DNA of 64,000 bases from Octopus vulgaris (taxonomy: Eukaryota), in the NCBI GenBank assembly GCA_951406725.2, contig OX597832.1, positions 22,506,001-22,570,000 on the forward strand, read 5' to 3'. Both the position numbers and the translations under genes were made by a program. This document shows, one piece after another, positions 53,931-64,000 of the stretch. A model generated the notes under the pieces. That model worked only from the letters and a program-made list of their open reading frames with translations, did no database searches and was not told the DNA's origin. Positions within the stretch are counted from its first letter, which is position 1. Each line of letters starts with the position of its first letter.

Positions 53931-54424
53931 ATAAAAACTCAAGTGGAATAATGAAGAGTTTGATATATTTCGTCATGAAAACTACAAGAATCTTCTCACA
54001 CAAATTGAATAATTCTTTCAAGCTTGGAATGGTAGTTTAATTGCAAGATTAAAGAAATCAGAAGTAGAACAAACATGATACTAATGCGGTTATAATGGCT
54101 TACGTAAAAAGAAACGCACAGAAGCCATTTTACATAATCACAAATTCTTACGTGTTTCTCTTTGAACATGGTGAGCGTATATGTACATAGTATATATCTA
54201 CATAGTATACGTATATGAGTGGTACTTGATTTAACTGTGGAAGTCATGCTTCTGCGGTTAAGATGTTCGTTTTGCAGTCCAGCTGCTAGTCAACTCAGTT
54301 CAACTTGAATGGGCTGGAGTATTTCTATTTTGGATGTATTTGGGGTACTTAATTGTGCTCATGACTTAGTGCTTTGCTTCTTCCATGGGTATGAGTAAGT
54401 ATCTCATTTATTTCTTTGCCACAT

Positions 54425-54478
54425 GTATCACTGACGAAGGGAGGGTTCTTACGAACTAACCCTGAAATCGGTCCGATA
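54425..54478 (+). ncRNA. Minimal type I hammerhead motif
   Basis: tatca-CTGACGA-aggg...ccct-GAAA-tcgg-TC-cgata. Confidence 0.62.
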
Positions 54479-54641
54479 TGGTAATAATGAATTTTTTTAG
54501 AAATTTTTTCGTTTGCCCTTCTTTATACGTTCTTTATATATATATATGTCCAGGGACTCGGAAATTTCGTCCTCAGCCAGGCCTTTCTCGATAACTTTAA
54601 AGCCAGGAACTTCATTGCGCCCGTCTCTCTCTCGCACGTGC

Positions 54642-54685
<44 letters not shown>

Positions 54686-54982
54686 ACACACAATAGCTTG
54701 AAGACTATGATGAACAATCGGAGGATCTGTATCATCAGGTAATGGTTGGGCGTCAACTAGCTGGTAATAAGCTGCTACAGTTGACCACGCACGTTGCCCA
54801 TTTGTAAACCACTTGGCATTTGTTGTGGAGACATAGAGAGTTAGTCTTGTGATGGTTGTCGGCGAAAGGAAGACGCCAACTACCGTACTGTCCAAAGAAC
54901 ATTCACTGTAGCCTCCGTATATATGATGTATATATGTATGTATATATATATATATATACATGTATATATATATATATATACA

Positions 54983-55050
<68 letters not shown>

Positions 55051-55052
55051 AC

Positions 55053-55342
55053 AATTGCAGCGTTGAGGGTGTTTATAAGCCATTTAAAAACACACAAAAA
55101 CCGTTAGATTCACTTCAACATTTAAATTTAATTTGCCAAAATATTTTCGTCGCTTTGAGAGGGAGCACGGAATTTTGTCTGTCAACAGTTCGCGGTCTCA
55201 AAGCGACGAAAATAATTTGGCAAATTAAATTTAAATATTGAAGTAAATCTAACGGTTTTTGTGTGTTTCTTAAATGACTTATAAACACCTACGCTGCAAT
55301 AGTTTTTGTTTCAGCACACGATCTCAGATCAAGTCACTTACG
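55053..55342. mobile_element. Inverted PLE-type terminal-repeat pair (~107-bp arms) with 3' extension, in (TA)n
   Basis: Arms ~55053-55160 and ~55196-55302; HHR-like fold at 55171-55226. Confidence 0.75.
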
Positions 55343-55836
55343 ATGCATGTACATCGCCGTAATATATATATATATACATATATGAACACCTCACGTCGGT
55401 ATGTATAGACAGAGCTATAGATGCACTGTTAAAGGGATCTAGTAATCGAAATAACGAAGGTAATTATTTTGTGAATATGATATCGATATGTGATCAGATC
55501 CTTGTAGTCGAATGCTGGAAACTGTTCATAATAAATTTCCGGAGTTTTCCTGCCAAGGAGTAGAATTCACATCGGCCATTGCTATAAATACGCGTAAATT
55601 TCCCTTTTCAGGACACATATACGTAGACACAAATGTTCACACACGTACATATTTACATATGAGCGCACACACAAACAAACACACACACAAACAAACACAC
55701 ATACACACACACAGATATATAACTGTGTGTATGTACACACATATGCACACATAATAACATTTTACTTGCATATATTTATACTTACATAAACATACTTACA
55801 CATAAATGTAATCGAATACACAGACACACACACACT

Positions 55837-55916
<80 letters not shown>

Positions 55917-55919
<3 letters not shown>

Positions 55920-56076
55920 GCAGGAGTGGCTGTATGATAACAAGTTTGCTTCCCAAATGATTCCGAGTTCAGTTTCTCTGCGTGGCACCTTGGGCAAGTA
56001 TCATCTACTATAGCCTCGGGCCGACCAAAGCCCTTGTAGGTGGATTTGGTAGATGGAAACTGAAAGAAGCCCGTCT
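55917..56076 (+). mobile_element. SINE-B 5' half
   Basis: Head through gaaagaagcccgtc. Confidence 0.8.
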
Positions 56077-56178
56077 TATACACACACGTATGTATATATC
56101 GAACCCGTTAATATTCATATTTTTTTATATAATCTTTTTATTATATTCCCTTTAAACTTAAATTCGAATGATTTTGCT

Positions 56179-56244
<66 letters not shown>

Positions 56245-57157
56245 TGTATGTATGTATGTATGTATTTATGCATGTATGTATATGTGTATAGTGAACCGTT
56301 CGCTGGATGGTAGGTTCAACCTGAAAATATTCAATAAAGTGGGTGGTAAATATCATTTAATGATTACAGGTGGTATTCATGAACTACTTCAAGTTTCATG
56401 TTCGAATAATGCATTAACCAGATGGGCCTGACCAATCGCTCAGTCTCAAATTGCATGGCCATTCCATAAGGAAACATGTGCGTGCCTCTGTGTGTGTATG
56501 TATATATGTATGTGAATCTGTGTATCTATGTGCGTATGTATATGAGAGAGAGTGCTCGCGGGCGCACATGTATGTATGTATTATGCATATATCCACAAGA
56601 TAATGGTCCATTTGACAGAATTAAAGAATGCAATTATTGTAGTAATACGATATTCATATGTTCACTTAACGGTGTAGTTTGCTGCTGAAGTAATACTAAT
56701 TAACAAACGTATCTCTGAGGTTTAGAATCTCCTCTTTCATTGGTTGTTGAATGAACGAGATTCTGTGGAAACAACCGTTGAAAATAATTGCTGTTCTTCA
56801 TTACAAAATTTCCCGTTTTCCATACCAATTTCCTTCATTGCCGTTAATTAAGTTCACTCCAGCTATCGCCACGTCTCAACTACATGGAGCTGTGAACTGC
56901 TTCGCATGTATGTATGTATGTATGTATGTATGTATGTATGTATGTATGTATGTATGTAGGGATGTAGGTATGTATGTATGTATGTATGTATGTATGAGTG
57001 TGTATGCATGTATGTATGTATGTATGTAGGTATGGATGTATATGTGTATGTATGTATGAGTTTGTGTGTATGTATGCATGTATGTATGTATGTATATATG
57101 TATGTATGTATGTGTGTAGGTAGGTATGTATGTATGTATATGTGTATGTATGTATAT

Positions 57158-57385
57158 TCTTTTGCTGAACCGGTAAGTTATAAGTGCAGAAAAAACACCA
57201 ACTCCGGTTGTCAAGCAGTATTGAGGGAAAAGCTGAGACAAACACACACACGCACACACACACACACACACACACATAGATATACGAAGAGCTCCTTTCA
57301 TTTTGCGCCTACTAAATCCACTCGTAAGGCTTTGATCCCCCCGGAGCCGTTGTAAAAGACGTTTGCCCAAAGTTCCACGCAAGTG
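57158..57385 (-). mobile_element. Degenerate SINE-B fragment
   Basis: gctgaaccggtaagtta...aaatccactcgtaaggctttg. Confidence 0.65.
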
Positions 57386-58404
57386 CCACCAAGACCATCT
57401 GATTTAATACCACCAGCCTTTTTTTTACTGGGGAGCAAGTAAAGTATCAGTGTACAAAAATCGCCCGAAAACCATTAAATACTTACTGCGGAGGGACTTT
57501 TTGAACACATTATAGTTATAAAATTAAACATTAACAAGTAGCATAAGGATGCATAAAGAGTCAATCTGTTTAGAAATAGGAGTTAAAGTCTCAATTCCAT
57601 AGAGAAACTAGCCTAAAGGTAATTGATTGTCAAGATGTAATTTGAGACTTAGATATATATATATATACAAAATTTAAAGGACTGAACACGAAAAGTGGTC
57701 AGTCAACATGCTAGATATAGACGTCAAATCGCTATTTTCCAGAAAGAGTATGTTCTCAAGTAAATACTCAGCACAAAACCAAAGCATTAAAAATAAGCAA
57801 GACAAATGAAAATATACGAAATAAAAATAATTACCCATGTACTGAATCAGTTTCGATTATTATTATCTGCAAGGATAAACTGTAATCTCGTCAGCATGGT
57901 CTGTTATATAAATACAATTTGCTGAACAATATCAATTTCTACCCTTATTAAATTATATATATATATATATAGTTCAAATTTATAGAAAGCAAATAGGAAG
58001 ACAGGTGAAGGAACAACATGTAGATGTATTAGATTAACGCTCAGGGAAAATAGAAAAGTCTTTCAAGTTTCGAGTCAACGCTCTTTGGCAGAAAGGATTA
58101 AGAGAGTATAAAAACGGAGAGAGAACGGAAAAACGGTGAGATAAAAAAATGTTTAGGGATTAACGGTTAAACATGATGAAATGGCCGCAAGAAAGAGGCT
58201 ATATGTATATATGACTTTGGCGTAAATATTATCCCTACATTTTCAATGAATTGAGAAAATTGAACCCTGAACTTACCTAAATGCAAAACTGAAACAGCTG
58301 TGAACTTATCAGAAATAAATATCCATAGCCCATTATTTCTGTCCATTTCATATATGCAATATATATATATATATATGGTCTAATAAATTGTATTTAAGAC
58401 AAAC

Positions 58405-58478
58405 CTCTGCTGATGATTTATAGATGTTTATGTAAGTAAAATTACATATTACATTGGTAATGAAACAATTGTTCAGGG
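58405..58478 (+). ncRNA. Type I hammerhead with extended stem II
   Basis: ctctg-CTGATGA-[atgt/acat, tatgtaa/ttacata]-GAAA-caattg-TT-caggg. Confidence 0.62.
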
Positions 58479-58900
58479 TCAATCTATTTATTCGTTATGT
58501 TTCACTTTCCTTCCGTTAAATGTAATGTTATTTCTAGTTGGAAACATCATTTCTGTGGCTATTCTATCGGAGCTATTTTTAGCACCAGAGCTATCCACAT
58601 AGTGGTAACTCTCTAATAATTTATGTATAAATTTGTATTTTCTCCCTAGTTTTTTGTGCTAAGCCACTCGGTGTTAAATTAATGGTATTATTAAATTAAT
58701 ATCAATTTTTCACCCTCATTTATAAATATATATATATACATACATATATCTTGGGTAGTCGAAATTTCGAAGTCACTGTCAACAATCTTTTAAAAGCATA
58801 ATAAATTTGTACTCTACAAAAGTACAGATTTACTCATTAGACTAATGCAAAATTGTTTTCTTTATAACTGAACATAGAAACAAATATTAAAATAAACACA

Positions 58901-58980
<80 letters not shown>

Positions 58981-59401
58981 CAATCACGCACGTATATACA
59001 TTAATGCATATACACATGAATATTCATACTTATATATATATATGTATTGTATCATACGTATGTGTGTGTGTGTGTGTTTGTGCATGCATATCGGTGAATA
59101 TATTTCATGAATGCGATATATTAATATACACTGATGCTGAATTGATATCGGAAAGAAATGAAAAAAGAAACAAAAATAAAGCATCATGGCTTAAATTACA
59201 AATTTAATCTCCATAATGCGATAAAAATAATATTTTTACGACAGCAGAAAGAGTCCTGCAGACCACGACACCAGCTGTGATTTGTAAACAGAATTTTCGT
59301 TAATCTATTTGATTAAACTGTTCCATTTCATTAAACACACAAGAGTACTTTGTACAACATGGCGTTTGAAGGTTTGAAAACCGGTTGAATTAAACCTTAA
59401 A

Positions 59402-59573
<172 letters not shown>

Positions 59574-60096
59574 CTCATCAACTTCTTCAAGTATCACTTG
59601 AAGAGGAAAGTGAGAGTAGAGAGGCAAGTTTTGTCTAGTGAATGTTTTAAAAAAAGATGGGTGAATGTAGCAAGGATGGCACGTATGAATGACGAAGCCA
59701 CCTTGACTATGATTCTATGAACCGTAAAAATTAATACAGAGAGTTGCTTATTTGCAAAAAAAAAAGAAAAGATATATAACATGTGACTTCATTGACCGAG
59801 GTTACCGTGGTCTTTTCCGTAGGCTTTTCTTTCCACGGGTAAACCCCACCTGTCATCCCCTTTAAACTTCATATTGACATTTCCTTGATAACGATCCCTA
59901 TTGATCAATTTTTTTCCTTTCCCTTCACCCCCTTTTTAAAAAAATTTTATTCCCCCCTTTTCTTGTCCTCTTTTTTTCCCTTTACGATCCCTTTTGATCG
60001 AAAACCAAACCCCCTTTTTTTTTACCCCCAAAAGAAAAGCTCTACCTTGTAATTTGTCCTGTCTGTGTGCAGCCCTGTGTGGCTAATAAAGAAACA
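59574..60096 (+). mobile_element. 5'-truncated Tx1/L1-clade LINE within (ATCT)n
   Basis: 59574-59720 [36 protein letters not shown]..., homologous to the 21303-21689 frame; 3' UTR ends cagccctgtgtggctaataaagaaaca. Confidence 0.8.
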
Positions 60097-60132
<36 letters not shown>

Positions 60133-60141
60133 AATCAATCA

Positions 60142-60197
<56 letters not shown>

Positions 60198-60215
60198 ATC
60201 TATCTATCCATCTAT

Positions 60216-60552
60216 ATCTGACCACTTAACTCCCCACACTACAACCCTCTTGATTATTACTTCTGGGACGCAGTTGAGTGAAAGACCAACAAAATTCCTT
60301 GTAATACCAAAGATGAACTGAAGGCAAAGATCATGGCAACATTGACCAACTTCAACAAGGAGTCCGTTCAGAAGAGTTGCAGGAAATTCCTAAGTTGTCT
60401 GGAGGCTGTGGTTGAAGCCAATGGCGATTTTATTGAATAACTTTATTGCTTAGTATTTCAAGATTTGTAATTTTGGTAAAGTGAGATGTCTGGTTTTTTT
60501 TTTTTTCATTTTTGCATAATTTAGACGACAATTTATTCACCGCACACTTTGC
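60216..60552 (+). pseudogene. 3' end of a DD37D/maT-like Tc1/mariner transposon
   Basis: 60222-60440: PLNSPHYNPLDYYFWDAVE*KTNK...CRKFLSCLEAVVEANGDFIE*. Confidence 0.78.
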
Positions 60553-61420
60553 CAGTATATATACAGTAAAGTTTTACTTTAGCGTCGTATTTTATCGACT
60601 GCTATTTCTAGTAAATATCGGCGCATTGTTGTGCCGCAAATCTACATATATACTTTAAACTTATGGTGCTTTGTTCTACTGGATAGCAATACTATTGTAT
60701 TGCACTATTAAATAATTTTCTCTTTGAAAACTTAGGCGTTCAGGCGAGTATACTGGCACTGATGTAGCAACATTAAAAATTTTGTCTGGTGAATCTAGCT
60801 GAAGAGAACTAATCAAATTTACGCTAGCAAACGTATTTTGGAGAGTTCGAAACCGTGGTCCTAGGGTCCTAGATTATCCATATATGGGCATTGTTACACC
60901 ACTATCCTCTCTCTCTCTCTCCCTCGCTCCCTCTCTCTCTACGTATGTATGTATGTATGTATGTATGTATGTATGTATGTATGTATGTATGTATGTATGT
61001 ATGCATGTGTGTCTCTGCATGTGTGTGTGGGTGTTTGTGCATGTGTGTGTGTTTGTGTGTGACTGTGAATATATAGGAAACTGACATCTAGCGTTATCAA
61101 TTAATCAATTGTAATCGAAGAGAATAGCAGGTTGTCGAAATACCGTATATTGATTTAAAATGTAACTGAATATAAATAGTTCAATGCAAACCAAACAACC
61201 TGTAAAAGACTATTGTTGGCTTAAAATGGATTTAAAAAAAGATAGGGCTCTTCATATTATTTCTTTCAAAAGCCTGAATACGCACTTTATATTTAACATA
61301 AGTGGGAAATTTTTAAGTATAAGTCTTTGTCAATAACGAATATTGGACAGAATTATAATGACTAAATGCAGCTGAAATTACTAAATAATAAACTATATAG
61401 CTCTCTCTCTCTCTCACTGT

Positions 61421-61469
<49 letters not shown>

Positions 61470-61779
61470 TATGTGTATATATGTATGTATGTATATATAT
61501 ATATATATATATATAAATATATGTATGTATACATATACATATATATATATAAATATATGTATATATATATATACATATATATATATGTATATATGTATAT
61601 ATGTATATATATATATATACATATATACATACATATATACATACATATATACATATATATATATATTTATGTATATATATATATATACACATGCATATAT
61701 GCGTTAAAATTTTAAGAAAATTTATGTGCATATGTCTATCCGCCACTTTCTATCTCCCTGTGCACACATACACATTCAT

Positions 61780-61823
<44 letters not shown>

Positions 61824-62094
61824 GCACGTACATACACATATATATATATATCAGATATGCAGACAATATGAAAAGAAAGAACATCTGCGTACTTAAAACA
61901 ACCAACGTGACAAACAGTAACATTAAGAACAAAGCCAAAAAAAAGTACCAAAATCTTGAGTACTAAAATACATTATAATGTAGAAATACTAATTTTCTTA
62001 AAAAAAACATAAAACCCCAACTTTATGAATAGCACGATTGTTACATTGATCGAAGGAAACCGGAAATAGTAATAAGAAGAATATGTGCATATAT

Positions 62095-62260
62095 AGGCGC
62101 AGGAGTGGCTGTGTGGTAAGTAGCTTGCTAACCAACCACATGGTTCCGGGTTCAGTCCCACTGCGTGGCATCTTGGGCAAGTGTCTTCTGCTATAGCCCC
62201 AGGCCGACCAATGCCTTGTGAGTGGATTTGGCAGACGGAAACTGAAAGAAGCCTGTCGTA

Positions 62261-62314
<54 letters not shown>

Positions 62315-62477
62315 CGCAGGAGTGGCTGTGTGGTAAGTAGCTTGCTAACCAACCACATGGTTCTGGGTTCAGTCCCACTGCGTGGCATCTTGGGCAAGTG
62401 TCTTCTGCTATAGCCCCGGGCCGACCAATGCCTTGTGAGTGGATTTGGCAGACGGAAACTGAAAGAAGCCTGTCGTA

Positions 62478-62523
<46 letters not shown>

Positions 62524-62686
62524 CGCAGGAGTGGCTGTGTGGTAAGTAGCTTGCTAACCAACCACATGGTTCTGGGTTCAGTCCCACTGCGTGGCATCTT
62601 GGGCAAGTGTCTTCTGCTATAGCCCCGGGCCGACCAATGCCTTGTGAGTGGATTTGGCAGACGGAAACTGAAAGAAGCCTGTCGTA

Positions 62687-62726
<40 letters not shown>

Positions 62727-62889
62727 CGCAGGAGTGGCTGTGTGGTAAGTAGCTTGCTAACCAACCACATGGTTCTGGGTTCAGTCCCACTGCGTGGCAT
62801 CTTGGGCAAGTGTCTTCTGCTATAGCCCCGGGCCGACCAATGCCTTGTGAGTGGATTTGGCAGACGGAAACTGAAAGAAGCCTGTCGTA

Positions 62890-62929
<40 letters not shown>

Positions 62930-63092
62930 CGCAGGAGTGGCTGTGTGGTAAGTAGCTTGCTAACCAACCACATGGTTCCAGGTTCAGTCCCACTGCGTGG
63001 CATCTTGGGCAAGTGTCTTCTGCTATAGCCCCGGGCCGACCAATGCCTTGTGAGTGGATTTGGCAGACGGAAACTGAAAGAAGCCTGTCGTA

Positions 63093-63146
<54 letters not shown>

Positions 63147-63585
63147 CGCAGGAGTGGCTGTGTGGTAAGTAGCTTGCTAACCAACCACATGGTTCCAGGT
63201 TCAGTCCCACTACGTGGCATCTTGGGCAAGTGTCTTCTGCTATAGCCCCGGGCCGACCAATGCCTTGTGAGTGGTTTTAGCAGACGGAAACTGAAAGAAG
63301 CCTGTCGTATATATGTATATATCTATATATATATATATATATGTGTGTGTGCATGTGTTTGTGTGTCTGTGTTTGTCCCCCTAGCATTGCTTGACAACCG
63401 ATGCTGGTGTGTTTACGTCCCCGTAACTTAGCGGTTCGGCAAAAGAGACCGATAGAATAAGTACTGGGCTTACAAAGAATAAGTGCCGGGGTCGATTTGC
63501 TCGACTAAAAAAAAAGGCGGTGCTCCAGCATGGCCGCGGTCAAATGACTGAAACAAGTAAAAAAAAAAAAGAGTAAAAAAAAAAA
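62095..63585 (+). mobile_element. SINE-B with its 5' half tandemly repeated 6 times
   Basis: aggcgcaggagtggct at 62095, 62312, 62521, 62724, 62927, 63144; only the last unit continues into body and tail. Confidence 0.95.
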
Positions 63586-64000
63586 GACCAATCAACGAGA
63601 TTATCCAGAGAATCTTCAGGCTAGCGGTGTGGAGCAAAGCGATCGGTTATTTTCTGCTTAACATACGTCTTGAATAAATATGAATACGCATTCAGTCAAT
63701 TTTATTGAGTGCGATCCATCTTTCTCTAAATATGTAATTTAAAGGTCAGAGACTCCAGAAGACTTCATTCTTCCCTGACAGATGATAGCGTATAAATTAT
63801 AGCGTAGGTCGATGTTCTTTTGCAATAACATGTAAGACGAGAAGGCGTAACAAAAGAGCTGCCTTGTAAGCATTCGTGTTAAAACAGTGGAGCTCACAGA
63901 ATTCTTTATTCTTTCCTCGCTTCCTCTCCCTACCTCTCTCCCTCTCTCTGTATACATATGTATGTGTGTTTATATATGCAGACAGATAGACAAATACAGA

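Noticed and set aside
61998-63229. Repeated MPKMPRSGTEP ORFs
   Set aside because: Antisense translations of SINE-B heads.
62095-63310. CRISPR-like repeat/spacer appearance
   Set aside because: Repeats are ~165-bp SINE heads, spacers are plain (TA)n, there are no cas genes, and the context is eukaryotic.
63739-63957. 72-aa ORF as the upstream GPCR exon
   Set aside because: No TM1 GN or TM2 LAxxD motif; it starts in a microsatellite.

Overview
AT-rich, microsatellite-dense animal DNA. The repeat content (tRNA-headed SINEs, (TA)n/(CA)n/(TACA)n tracts) looks like an Octopus/coleoid cephalopod genome; this is an inference. Only one host coding exon is supported: a 122-bp minus-strand exon (2833-2954) encoding ECL1-TM3-'ER' of a class A peptide GPCR. 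The other ~61 kb is probably its intron. It holds three SINE families (called A, B, C here), fragments of Tx1/L1, RTE and CR1 LINEs, Tc1/mariner and pogo relics and MITEs, a non-autonomous Helitron, and many short Penelope-like (PLE) insertions. The PLE insertions are often inverted pairs inside (TA)n and carry minimal type I hammerhead ribozyme (HHR) motifs. Most notable: (i) a PLE whose terminal repeat has a tRNA-derived Pol III-type head just upstream of a hammerhead, seen at two loci; (ii) SINE-A, which shares its 3' tail with local Tx1 LINEs and appears to insert repeatedly at one position inside older copies of its own family; (iii) hammerheads with C3-G8, U3-A8 and G3-C8 cores, one within a 509-bp palindrome. 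Most ORFs in the supplied track are microsatellite or SINE artefacts. Coordinates were counted by eye; boundaries of degenerate repeats are approximate.
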